The notes beneath the pieces are model-generated. The model was not told the DNA's origin. It searched no databases and saw only the letters and a list, made by a program, of their open reading frames with translations. A stretch of DNA of 62,113 nucleotides, the filler included. It is 7 parts of 7 records of this genome, joined end to end, with 100 filler letters (N's around TTAATTAATTAA, not from the genome) between each part and the next. Parts side by side here need not be neighbours in the genome. Positions count along the whole stretch, not along the records: positions 11,690 to 19,962 come from SRR2962707_2404; positions 20,063 to 25,317 come from SRR2962707_2406; positions 25,418 to 33,987 come from SRR2962707_2407; 4 more parts are not named here. The stretch is one strand, 5' to 3'. Below, piece by piece: positions 14,601 through 26,502 of this stretch; position 1 is the first letter of the stretch, and each line of letters starts with the position of its first letter. Position numbers and translations under genes: made by a program.

Positions 14601-16117
14601 CGCGAACCAAACTCATGGAGACGGTGTTTCTTGTTTTCTGACAGGCATCTGCGGTTGATTGGCTTGCGTGTTCTGCCTCCACCCAAACCCTGAAGCCGTC
14701 GTCTAGTCACCCCTTTGCGAAACAGGGTCCGTGGTGTTGCGAGTGTGGTGCTCGACTGCAGACGCTTCGACAGGGTGACACTGGAAATTTTCGATTGTCT
14801 GCTTGCCACGGCTGTGGACAAGTGGCAGATGCTGCACAATTGCCACAGCGTACTACTTTTTTTGAGTGTTCCACGTGCCAAGTGGTCCTATGTCAATCTT
14901 GCTCAGCGAGTTTCGAATTGGAACAAGATGACCGCCCTTGCCACAAGAGCGAGGTTTTTAGTGACGAGAGCGAACCAGATCTCAGCGGACGCAGCAGTCC
15001 CAGTAGTGCATCAGACAGCTCCGGTGACAACAGCAATGAACCTGATGTCAACGATTGCCAAAGGGCTGACTGTGTGATTCGCAACTTAGCTCGGCGGCCG
15101 AATAGTGAACCGGCGTTCACATCTGGTGCTCGTGCAGCTGTCACAGCGCAGGTAGACCATGATTCCAGTATGCATGTGATTGCTTATCTCCGGCGCGCTT
15201 TCGTGCAATCTCGTGAGGCTAGCGACGGGAGACGTATTGCACAAGCGCCTCCCTCGCTTCAACCGGCCTCGCAGGACCAAAATGAGCGGACCTCCTCTCA
15301 GCAACGCCAAGACCTCAATCGTGGGACCTCGAAACCTCAACCCACCCTTCAGGACACGGATATGGAAACCGCCCAAAGGCGTATTGAAGCGCTCTGCGTG
15401 GTTCCCCATACTTTCGCTGAACTTTGCAGCAAACTTCGTGCGTTCTTGCTTTTACGATTCAGTTTTGGGGCACTCACTCTGGGTGTCGCAACTGACGGAA
15501 TCGAGTTGTTGATGCTCGCAAACTGAACTGCCGCGTAAATAGGTATGGACTTGGATCCTGCTGCACAACTCGTTCAACAACTTCTTGATGACCCAAGCAG
15601 CTCGTTGGAACTCCACAGTCTGCAGCCTCAATTACAAACCATTTGTCCTGAACCCAAATCGCTGAAGGATTTTCTCTTGGCGGATGATGTCCTCTGCGTC
15701 GTGGTGCCACATCCAGCAAAGACCAAAACGGAGCCAAGCACCGAGAGTACCGCCGCATCTCCTCTTGTTGGCGCAGCCTTTTCGCAAACTCCCTTGCCCT
15801 CACTGACACCAAGAAGGCACCGGATGCAAACACCGATGTCGGCGGCGCAGAGGCTCCGCCGCTCGCAACGCCGCCGTGCGCTGCAAGCCCCTGAAGACTT
15901 TGACAGCGAGGAGGACAATCCATTTGACATTGAGGAGGACGGTGGCGTGGATGGGTGGAATGGGTGTGACCCCGGCAGGCGAACTGGATCTGGGCTTGCG
16001 GGACAAACTGCAGATGACTTCGATGGCCGCAAGAAAGACCATGACATTCACACAGTGTACAACCAGCTTCTTGAGGCGTGGGAGGACATGGACGACGGCA
16101 GCAGCGATAATGAATGA
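11690..16117 (+). CDS. Multi-exon eukaryotic protein, putative Rrn6/TAF1C-like (RNA polymerase I initiation factor) with a Cys-rich zinc-binding segment; 5'-truncated
   Basis: The frame is open from the (AAC)n contig start. GT-AG introns, e.g. 13097-13210 and 13272-13354. The exon FELIILTSETVLLGDARCPNAPLLEWRHYH resembles the D-x-R-x-P-x-x-PLL-x-W-x-H motif of Rrn6/TAF1C propellers. CxxC pairs at ~14790-14905; acidic C-terminus. Confidence 0.45.
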
Positions 16118-16349
16118 GGAAATACTGCGCCAAGACCGCCAGGCCTGGCGACGATTTACTTTTGCCCTTTTTAATTAAAACGTACTGAACCATTTTCGGC
16201 AACGGACGTTACTGTGCATCCTGTTTCGCCACAACCGACTCATGCGAATTTACCCATCTCGTTTTTTGACCATCAGTATCGCCACGATTGCAACAGAACG
16301 TCACTCTTTTTTCAATCAAAGCGAATTATCGATGCTGTCGCTGCTCGTT

Positions 16350-19300
16350 TTAGCATGCGCGTGAGAGAGCCTCGAGCTGTTTTTGGGCCCACTTGTGTTT
16401 TGGGTTCTTCTGCACCACAGCGCCAAGCTCTTTCATTGCCTCCACAAAGCAACACAAAAAAAGCCATGAGCAGCGAAGTCTCTCAGATCGCACTGAACCA
16501 CTTTCCTCAAACACTGTCCTCAAACACTCACCTGTTCTGTGTCGTTTTCGTGCTTCCACTTCAAAATGGCACGAAGAACTCGGGCATCTGGATTGGTCGG
16601 AGCAACTTTCAGAGCCAAAGAAACATACCGTGACGCCTATCACGAGCGCCACAGTTTGGAAGAAATCACTTGCAAGAACACTTTCACAGTTTTTACAACA
16701 TCGACATCATGATGTGGACCAGCCGCAATGTACCGATTTATAGTTGCACCTGACTGCAATGAGAAAGTTGGCGTATTCCACCAGGGTTCCAAGGTGGGTC
16801 CCATCAGCAGCCACCGCCTAAATCAAACAAAAACAAGTTGCATGAGCCAGGAATAAATCATAAAGTGTCACGCACCTTGGAGACACCTTGGAGGCTAGTC
16901 CCTACGGCACAGTCACTGTGTCCCCAAAACTTACTTGTTTAAATTTCCTTTCAGCCGCAGCAATCTCGCGGATATGCACAAGAAATTTGGCGTGCATTGT
17001 CAAAGTCCTCGGAGTTGGCAGGCTTGGATCGCTCTTGCTGCACCTTTCTTTGCTGCGCCGACCTCCCTTTCCTTTCGAGCTCGTCGGTGATGGTGCTCCC
17101 GATGTAGCTTGGTCAAATAGAACTTTAGCATTGCCCACATCGTCCCGCAAATCGAATGCAAGTTGAGCAAGTTCACCAAGCGCCGACGCATGAGCTGGTT
17201 CTAACTATGACGTGCAAAAGCCAAGTTGATGTGTGATCAAAAACACCACGCTGCCGTTAGAGAGGTCACTCGCCCAATAGCCCAATAGAAGTGAATACAG
17301 CCAGGATTTTGTGTGCTTGCGTGACCCACCTCGAGCAAGCGCTGATAAATCTTCTCAGCCTCGAGGTCATACGGATTATCACTCGCTTTCTTGCTGCGGA
17401 CAACCCCGGTTGTGCCGGTTCCGAGCTCGTATCGAAGCATGTTCGCAAAGTCGTAAAGAATGTTGGCCTGGTTCGGCTGCCGTTCGAGTGAACGTCGATA
17501 CCTTTCAAATAAGCAAAAGCGACAAAACCACAAGGTGTGAGAACGACTACTGAGCAATAAAATTTGTTGTTGATACCCCGGCAACGAGAGCAAGAATTGG
17601 AAATGCGCACAGATCAGCTGCGGAAGTTGGGTCCTTCAAAGCTCGATTAGTGAAATTGGCAAAGTCATTCAATACCTGTCCCAAGCCACGCATATGTCGA
17701 GTCAAGAAATGGATTCAAGGGATGCGGGCGGTTACCGAGCGTTGTGAAAGCTCACCATGCAGTCTTTCGGGCTACTGGCCAAAGCCTTCGAATACAGATC
17801 GCCCGCTTTTTCAAAGTTCTTGAATATTTCTTCCTGCAGCACAGCATGCGTATGCAACGCAAACGTGTGGTCTGGTTTGGCCTGCGTATTACACACGCGG
17901 GTTGAGAAACAAATGTGGACAACAGATTCCAATTCTTACAACCATCGCAATACTCCAAGACGAGCTTGGAAAGGGGCGCGCGCCGCACCTTAATGGCTCG
18001 TTCATATAGCCCGGAGGCCTCTTCGTATTTTTTGAATACACTGTCCAACAGTACTCCATAGTTGTATAGAGTGTTGGGATGCGACGGATCTGAAAAACGT
18101 TCACCACGCCCACGCACGCCCAATCAAAATCAGAAGCCGCTCATGCTGCAACGCGAAAAGCGCCGCAAACTTCACTTGTCGGCAGGTTACCTATGTTGAG
18201 CGACTGCTTGTAGTGTTGCACAGCTGCGTCGTAGTCTTGCTTGACTTCGGACAAGAACAAGGCGTAATTTCCTGAGCAGGCAACAGTAGCTTTTGAGCGG
18301 CACGATCCATGGTGTTCGTCACACATGTGCGCATTGGATGACGTAACAACAGCGCGCCCAAAAAAACCACACCGTGATTGTTGGCGTGGAAGGGGTCAGC
18401 TTTTAATGCCAAAAGGTACTGCGTGTCTGCGTGGCCATACTCTCGCAGTGAACAATGTAACAACACTGCATAATTTCCCAAAGCATCGGCATGGCGAGGG
18501 TTGATTGAAACTGCCCGTTTGTAGAATGCCCGAGCCTAAAGTACAGTTTTCAACGAGCAGGGTCACTCACTTCACGTTTGGGGCGCGAAGTTGCAACTGT
18601 CCCTTGCTCCCCGCCACGACAATAAACCACCTGCTCATAATCCTTCCTCACAGATTTGAGGAATGTTGCGTAAAAGTTGAGGATCGATGCATGACTCGGA
18701 TAAAGCTCGATAGCTTTTTTGTACTGAGCTTCCGCTCGATCGTAGTCTTTGTGACAGCGATGCAGCAGCACAGCATAATTGCCGAGTGCCTTGAAGCAAA
18801 AGCGTGAACAGCAAAACCCCGCCACTTGTGATGCATACAGCTATTGATGCAACCCAGGTGAGACAATGATCGAAGAAGAAAAAAAGACAAACCAGCGGGT
18901 CTCTTGGATTGGTCTCAAGTATCTCTTCATACAGTTGTGCAGCCCCTGCAATACAAGAGACACCGAGCAACAGTGACTGCACTTCGCTGCGAGCAATCGT
19001 GCAAACCACCCACGGCCCTACATTCCCGACCAGACACAAGGCCCACGTTGGCATCAAACTGCGTGTTCACTCACGATGAAAGTCACGGTCAGCGTTTTTG
19101 AGGAACTCTGCGTACAACGACACATAAAGTGTGGTTGTGAAGTCGTAGTGCTTCGCTGCTGCCAGCGCAGCTGCGACTTTCGTATCAAGCGCTCTTGCCC
19201 CAGCTGCCGCCCCTGCACCAGCTGCAGCGGACGAATTCGAATCTGTTCGTGCTTTCTCCACGTCTCGCTCAGCCCGCCACGCGGTGAGACAATGTTCGTA

Positions 19301-19666
19301 GCACTGTTTCGCATCCGCCTTCCTCGCTGGATAGATGTCTGCGATGAAGTTGGCAAGCTGCCCGTATGTCATGTACCCTGGCTTGGCACGGGCAGCCTCT
19401 TCCAGCCCTCGAAGCCGCTTCTTGAACAACTCTTCCGGGTCGCCTCCGTCACCAGTCCCACCGATAAACGCAGCAGTGGCTGCTCCTAATGTAGACACAG
19501 CCGCTTCTTTGACATTATCCGATGTTGCGGCCCCACTGCCTCGAGCAGACAGAGCACGTACAGTGGCAACGTGACTCCCAACATCCTGCGCACTTGCTCG
19601 AAGAGGAGGCCCAACGGGACTCGGATCTCGAGAGGGCGGAGGGGCAGTGGACTTTGAAGTCGACAT
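16350..19666 (-). CDS. Multi-exon tetratricopeptide-repeat (TPR) protein
   Basis: Repeated TPR-like units (ALGNYAVLLHRCHKDYDRAEAQYKKAIELYPSH; GNYALFLSEVKQDYDAAVQHYKQSL; TLYNYGVLLDSVFKKYEEASGLYERAIK) on short exons with GT-AG introns. The last exon ends ...EALSRAC*. The start may extend into an upstream exon. Confidence 0.8.
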
Positions 19667-19962
19667 TCTGCTGCAGCACACACACACAGGGGAGTGGGCT
19701 CAGTGAAATTTTCACAGAGCAGCCAGCCTGTGGCCAAGCCTGTAGCCAGGCAGCCAGTAGCCAGGCTATAGGTGGTGGGACTCCATTCAAAAAACAAGGA
19801 ACCAAAAGCGCAGCATTGCAGCAAACAGTGAGTGGGAGGGACACGCGCAAACCTGCTGCAGGGAATGAAACTGAAAACAGCAAAACGAAACCGGAGCGAA
19901 ATACAACATTCACACATCCCCGCGCATTCACCCGCTCGCTCATTCACTCACTCACTCACTCA

Positions 19963-20062
19963 NNNNNNNNNNNNNNNNNNNNNNNNNNNNNNNNNNNNNN
20001 NNNNNNTTAATTAATTAANNNNNNNNNNNNNNNNNNNNNNNNNNNNNNNNNNNNNNNNNNNN
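19963..20062. other. Artificial contig linker
   Basis: N44-TTAATTAATTAA-N44. Confidence 0.98.
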
Positions 20063-20528
20063 CAGCAGCAGCAGCAGCACCAGCACCAGCAGAGATGAAA
20101 CGAGGGGAGCACGTCCGTGTGCGCGTGTGTGCGAGCGCCGACCAGCAAGCAGTGGAGGAGCGCGAAACGATGGATACCCCGCGCGACAGCTTGCCAGGGG
20201 AGCCGACTAGCGCCAAGTCGCGAGAAGAACAGACGCGACGGGAGGGAGAGGAGAGGGACGAGAGAGACAAAGCGTGTGGGTTATCGATGGTTTGGGTGTG
20301 GGTGGGCGTGTTTAGGTGAGGGTCGGGAGCGGCGATTGGAGACGCGAAGCGAGACGACACGACGACTTGCTTCAAAGTTTAGGTGCAATGGACGAAAACA
20401 CTTTGGCTTTTTTTTTTCTTCCTGTTTTGTTGCATCTGAAGAGTTGCTTCCCTGCGATTGCGATTGCGATTGCGAAGACGTAGTACGGCTCTCACCAAAT
20501 TCGTTGAAGCGGAGCGACATTGTTGAAT

Positions 20529-21982
20529 ATGGCGCAGACCAAGATGCCCATTGATGCACTGGCTGATTTGGAGGAGAATGACTTTGTGGACCAGCTGAAA
20601 GACGTGTACGAGAAGAGCCCGTGGGTCCCGCGACGGCTTTACTCTGCCAAATGCCCCGCAGACTTCGAGTCCACCACTAATCTTGCTGCTGCCTTCAAGC
20701 GGGTGGTTCAAGACGCTTCGCCACAAGAATTGCGAAAGCTCATGAATAGTTATCCGGACCTTGCGGGCAGGGCCCATGTGGAGGGCAAAGTCACTGAAGA
20801 AAGCCGCGACGAACACGTAAGTTCACTCACTGTTGCAACATTGGCATGCCCAGGCTCGTCGTTCAAATCTCTGCATGCGCGAAGTAGCTCAACGCTTGTG
20901 CTCACCTTTGACTCTGCTATGGCGTTACGCTTTGGTTATGCAGTCTCGTGCAGGGCTGGGCTCGTTGACTGAGGAGGAAATGGAAGAATTCACACGGCTG
21001 AACAAGGCATACAAGGCCAAGTTTGGTTTTGTCTTCATTCTTGCGGTGCGCAATGCCACCAAACACGTGATTTTGCAGTCGTTTCGCCGCCGTATCAACT
21101 CTACTGTGGCGCAAGAGGTCGGTCGGGTTTGCCATCATCAAGTATCTGCGCAATAACCACCATTTTTCCGAATTTCGACTTTACCTTGAACGCGTTTGCA
21201 TTTGGTGTTGCGGTTGTGCAGACGGACGAGTGCTTGCAGCAAATCCACAAAATTGCATGGATGCGCCTCCTCCAGAACTTTTCTTGGAACCCAAACAAAG
21301 GATTTCTAACTTGCCATGTATTAGACACGGTGCGTGTTGATTCAATGCTGCGTTTTTTCTGTGGCTGTTGCAGGGACAGCGCATCAAATAGAATTTGCAA
21401 AGCATTGCCGCTTGGAATCGATTCCTCTCTTTTACGTTGCCGGCTCATCATTGTATGTAGGCGCGGGGTTGCCCAGCCGATGGCATGAAAGTAACGTTGT
21501 CACGCATAGACGATGTCACACACAACCGAACAGTGCTGGCGGAATTCAAAACGAACAATGATGGTCGAACTGGCAAAGCGCTCGAAGGGGAATCGTTCAC
21601 ACCAGGGCGATACGAGTGGACGTTTTTCACCGGTGAGCGAGCGAAGGGGCAGATGACCGCATCAGTGCCTGCATGCTTGACAAGGCTGCTCGGACGTCCC
21701 GTTGCTCCGCCCTACATCGGCGATTCACTCCGGCTTGTGTTGGCAGGTCCCTATTTTGCGAAGGCAGGGCTTCCCACAGATGGAATGCCGTTTCTAGACG
21801 AGGTGCCCATCCGCTTTGGCATTGACAATCCAGAAGAGCATTATCATGTACGTGCGGGAAAGGGCGCCGTTTGAACCAAGGCACACAATGTTCAAACACC
21901 ATGCTTATGCTCGTCCGTGATGGGTCTCCAGGTACCGCTGCTTGTAAGCCCCTGGTCCTTCAGCACTTATCGCGGATCGTAA
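20529..21982 (+). CDS. Bifunctional OHCU decarboxylase / 5-hydroxyisourate hydrolase (transthyretin-like, (S)-allantoin synthase), 6 exons
   Basis: Exons 20529-20816, 20944-21117, 21222-21329, 21461-21632, 21747-21847, 21932-21982. The N-terminal UraD domain has YEKSPW, YPDLAG and YKAKFGFVFILAV. The C-terminal HIUase domain has LTCHVLDTARGCPA, TNNDGR and HYHVPLLVSPWSFSTYRGS* (YRGS signature). Confidence 0.92.
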
Positions 21983-22166
21983 AACACAGCACTTTGTCAT
22001 TGTTTTCGCATCGACCCTCGTCGCTCTCCTTTGACGTACCACGGTACATTTTTATTAAAATTAAATTACAAAAAAGTCCTATTGTGAATCTTCGCACACG
22101 GGCGTGCGCGCCAACTTGCGAGTGACGACAAACGTCTTGCTGCCGCGCGCAATGAAAAGTGAGATT

Positions 22167-25100
22167 TCACTTGTTTAAGCTCTGTAGCCATTCCATTTCG
22201 TCGGCAGACAGCCCGGCGCGCGCCGTGGCGTCCCGAGCGTCCTTGTCCTGAAGGTGCTGTTCCAGGTATGCTTGTTTTGAACTTGCAGCGGCTTCTCTCA
22301 AAACTACACGCAAACAACGGCCGCTTATTTGGTTGATCCGCGCACGGGAGCAAGCAGCCAGCTTTTCAAATAAAATGGCGCTTGCTTGTGCATGCATGAT
22401 TTTCCACACACCTGCCAACTCGTATGAACTCAGGGAGTCTTGGTGGTGGCTAAGTTTCGATTTACTTGTCGGTGGAATCCAGTTGTACGCCCCCTTATAC
22501 CGACTCACCGCGGCCTGAATCAAACAATGGCATGCAAAACAGGGTCACACTAGTCACGCAGGACCATTCAAGCTGAAATCAACGTCAAAAGCTCAATGCA
22601 TGTCAATGTTGTTGTTGCATGTCAATGTTGTTGTTGCTGAGAATGAAAGCAGCGACCGACCAGCTCTGCTGCATGAGTGAGCATGTAGTCGAGCTTGTCT
22701 TCGAGCACAACTTCAGGGCCCAGGAAATCCGCGACCCGCTGAGTCGTTGCGACGGGATCCAGAAGGAGGTGCTCGTATCTGATGATGCACAACAAGCAAA
22801 ATATGCAACGACAGCTTGAATCACATCAAATTTGACGAGCTCAATGCACAAATCGTGCCCCCTTGGAAAAAAAATTCGCACCGCACGAGCAGCTTTGGGC
22901 CTTCAAACTGAATGTAGTCGTCGATCAAGCTAAACCACCAGTCTGTGTGGAGTTTCTGCGCAGGGACCCACGGCGCAGGTGAGCACACAACAATGCACGG
23001 CACACACTCACGGTGACACATGTTTGCGCTGTTGACCCACTGGTTGAGGCCACTAACTCTATGCGAACGCACCGTGAGCTCCATTGTCTCTAGCTGTGGC
23101 ATGTGGCGTGGCACGCACTCGCGAAAATCTCGCACGAGAAACAGCAGCTTTGGGCACGGAGATTTTCCAGTAGCTGTGGCCGGCAGCGGGCATTCAGGGC
23201 GAAAAGAGGTTGTCCACAGGCGAGACGAAGCATGATACTTTGCAAGTACATACGATTGCGTCATGTCCACGTGCGCAAAGACGTCTTCTTCCTGACGAAA
23301 GTCAACAGTAGCAATTGGCCAATCGAGAGTCTGATCTTGTCCGAGAGCAGGCTGGTAGTTTTGGCCGGACGCGCAACCCGCAGTTGGGCGTCCAGTAATG
23401 AACTCTGTGATGAACCTGACGAAACAGGCATGCCAAGGCAGCATGATCAGCATCAACCGCTCCGCTCGCGTGGCTCCGAACAACACAATTGGCCGGGATC
23501 TAACCTCAGATAGTGATTGCCGCTTCGAGGGTATGACACTAGGCAGGGCACGTTAGCATAATCACGTCTGAGATCTGTCTTTGTCTTTCCTTGCAGCGCG
23601 TGTCGTTCAGACACAGTCGTTACTGGCCCCGCCTCACACGCACTGTCGAGGGCGGGTTCCCTTTTGCACAGTGTCGTGCATCCATGCGAACAACAAGACA
23701 GAGAGTTCAGGTTGGCCAAAGTCAAGTTGCAAAACGGGGTGCACGCATCAAGCTTGCTGCCCATCACTCACCCTTCGGCAGTATCTATGTTGTCGGTGAT
23801 GTCCAATTCATCGCTCGACGAGCTTTGATGCTGAAATTCGGCGCGCAGATCATTCTGCGCGATGTCGATTTCATGGGGTGGCACATTGAACTGGTTGCCC
23901 TTATGCCGAAGATTGGACAGAGCAAGTTCAGCGCGATGGTACGAGTATCGACCAGCTTCCAAAGCATAGCGAATGCAGCGCCCATAGGCATCAAAAGCAC
24001 CGGCAAAGGACCCCGCAATGTTGCCGCGGTTGAGATACCCCATGGACAACGCGTCCTTAATCTTTGTCAGATCTTGCGTCTCTGCGGCCGTCCTGTCCGT
24101 GTGCACAGCCAATACCGCAATTCAAAACCATAGAATTGGAGAACAAACGTCCAAGCCAGAAAAACACCAATCGCAAGGCGCCAAACAATATCTCGCGGAA
24201 GCAACAGGACGCTATGCACTCACACGGCACTTACCCAGAAACCACACGCTCCAACAAAGTGATCAGCTCTCCCAGAAGTCGCTGAGCTACAGCCTGCTTT
24301 CCGGGGGTGTTCGCAGTCGTGCTATAATGCTCGGCAAGTTTGAGTGCCGCAGTTACAACAGACGCGTCCAACCGTTTCGCTAAGTGAGCGTCGTCTTCTT
24401 CGGCAGAACAGCAAGTGCTTCGACTGGGGACAGATGTGGGAAAGTCAATGGCCGACTGCCAAGCAGACATCACCATTCCATGGTAGCCAACGCTGCGTTG
24501 CCAAATATACCCGCGCAAGCGGCGGAGGCCGTCCAGGAGGTCCTGCCCAATGGCAACTGTCGTGGCCACAAAATCATCCAAGTGAGGAGCCCACGCGTCT
24601 GCTGAAGCATAAAAGGCCTCCTCTCGCCCTGCATCCACCTGTTGGCCTGACCCTCTGCGAGACAAAGTTCGGTTGCGGTAAAACACAAGCTCCATCGCAA
24701 CCGACAGTTCCCGGGGTACTTCCTTGAGCATATTTAGACAGGAAAAGTCGTTTGGAGACCTTGCGCAAGCGAGTGTGCGGTGAATAGCGCGTGCAATGTG
24801 CCAATGTGGCTCTGCTGGGTCTTCCACGATGCGTTTCTCCATCTCAGCTGCCGCATCCGCCAGCACTGCTGAGTCGGTTTCGCCGGCGATGCTTGTGGCA
24901 AAGTGCTGGAAAAAGCTGCGCGCCTGGCGGCCGTGCTTTTTGCCAAGCTGCTTCACAACGTCGAAGAACGCTGTTCCAGGGTTGCTGCTGCGGTTCGCTA
25001 CCTTGTGCAGCAGCGCACCCGCCCGGGCCGCCTTGGCGACTTCGGAGAGTTGCTGGTAGTACGCGTACAGGCTGTACGTGGTCGTTGGGAGAGCCCCAGT

Positions 25101-25241
25101 GGACACGGTGGCGGACGAAGTGGGTTGAATCAACTCGACAATGGCTGACGGGCTCAGAGCAGTGGCAAAAGGAGGCGCCGCAGCCGCCCACACTGCGGCC
25201 AAAAGCAGAGCGGCGCTGAAGATGCCGAACGCGCGAGCCAT
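22167..25241 (-). CDS. Secreted/Golgi multi-exon protein with a C-terminal sulfotransferase-like domain
   Basis: Signal peptide MARAFGIFSAALLLAAVWAAAA. PAPS-binding-like motifs LVSYPRSGNHYLR and LLFLVRDFRE. GT-AG introns; the 3' end is approximate. Confidence 0.6.
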
Positions 25242-25317
25242 TAGTGAGCGCCTCGCCACAAGGAGGATTCCCGTTGTGGCTTCGTGGACACACACACGCA
25301 CACGCACACGCACACAC

Positions 25318-25417
25318 NNNNNNNNNNNNNNNNNNNNNNNNNNNNNNNNNNNNNNNNNNNNTTAATTAATTAANNNNNNNNNNNNNNNNNNNNNNNNNNN
25401 NNNNNNNNNNNNNNNNN
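25318..25417. other. Artificial contig linker
   Basis: N44-TTAATTAATTAA-N44. Confidence 0.98.
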
Positions 25418-25588
25418 GCCGAGCAGCTTCGGAAGCCTCAGTCGTTCGTATCGAAATATGAGAGGGGTGAACGTCGGTTAGACGTTTTAGAGTTGATCGA
25501 GATAGCAAGGCATCTCAAGCTCGACCCACACAAAATTATTGATGACATGGAAGCATGTGGCCCGAAAGAAAGCGCGGCCCAAACGTGA
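25418..25588 (+). CDS. XRE-family HTH controller (C) protein, 3' part (continues from 33844-33987 across the circular junction)
   Basis: Reads AEQLRKPQSFVSKYERGERRLDVLELIEIARHLKLDPHKIIDDMEACGPKESAAQT*. Its TGA overlaps the GTG start of the next gene (GTGA). Confidence 0.85.
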   Translation, partial: AEQLRKPQSFVSKYERGERRLDVLELIEIARHLKLDPHKIIDDMEACGPKESAAQT

Positions 25589-26502
25589 AAACCCATGATA
25601 TTTTACAAGTAGGGACAAAACACTTGGGTGGGCTTTCTGGTCATATTTTTGACCTACTCACAGTGTCCAAACCGATTTCACCAGACGCAGCGATAAACCT
25701 TAGTAAGGTAGTCTCGAAGTTATCCCCGCTGCTTGGAAACCTAATCGAGTTTAACACAGTAGAATACCTGAATGACCAAGAAGATTTTCAGGGCCTTGGA
25801 GAATGGCATCGGCAAGACCCTGGCTTTCCCGATACAGTTTTTCTCGGTGATGTTTTTCCAACACCTGGCTTTGAAATAAAGGCTTGGTTTCCCTTAGCAA
25901 CGGAGATTACTGCGCGATTCAAAGATAGCCAAAACCACTTTAAAAACGACGAAACACACGTTTGTATGCTGGCATGGCTTCCTGAATATCTAATCTTTGG
26001 CAAGCCTAAGATTATAGATGTTTGCGTAGTTTCGGGGCAATCTGTAGCGAAAGCAAGAGACGACCATTACCATAACCCACCTGATTATCTGGTCCTAGAG
26101 CCAGAAGACACCACTTCTAGAACCTCAAATTTACAACAAACAAACACAAACGGCTATAAGTGGCAGGGAACACAAGAACAATTCGCTGCGGCGAATGAGC
26201 TGGTGAAAGCATGGGGCTTAGAAGGCCGAAACTATCAGCCAACACCTGAATACCAGCTTATGCTAAGAGAACTCATTCAACGCTTTCCCTATCGCCTAGA
26301 TACAAACTTCGCAAAAATGGACCGTATTGTTCACAGCGGCATAGAAGACTTTAAGACAAAGGTTCTCAGCTCGACCCAACATGGCATGACTATTCAGCAG
26401 TGGGCTCGATTACTCAGCAAAGGCTCTGACTCTCAAATAAGAAAAGCCTTGAGCGATAAATTTAATATCACAGAAGAGGATACTGACACGATTCTTCGGT
26501 GA
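25585..26502 (+). CDS. Putative type II restriction endonuclease (PD-(D/E)xK)
   Basis: 305 aa with motif GFPD...GFEIKAW. Translationally coupled to the C gene and convergent with a DNA methyltransferase. Confidence 0.75.
   Translation: MKTHDILQVGTKHLGGLSGHIFDLLTVSKPISPDAAINLSKVVSKLSPLLGNLIEFNTVEYLNDQEDFQGLGEWHRQDPGFPDTVFLGDVFPTPGFEIKAWFPLATEITARFKDSQNHFKNDETHVCMLAWLPEYLIFGKPKIIDVCVVSGQSVAKARDDHYHNPPDYLVLEPEDTTSRTSNLQQTNTNGYKWQGTQEQFAAANELVKAWGLEGRNYQPTPEYQLMLRELIQRFPYRLDTNFAKMDRIVHSGIEDFKTKVLSSTQHGMTIQQWARLLSKGSDSQIRKALSDKFNITEEDTDTILR

Noticed and set aside
1-25317. Alternative genetic code or pseudogenes explaining fragmented eukaryotic ORFs
   Set aside because: In the genes traced fully (IQ protein, DCTN1, allantoin synthase) all stops and frame changes are removed by GT-AG introns and one GC-AG intron.
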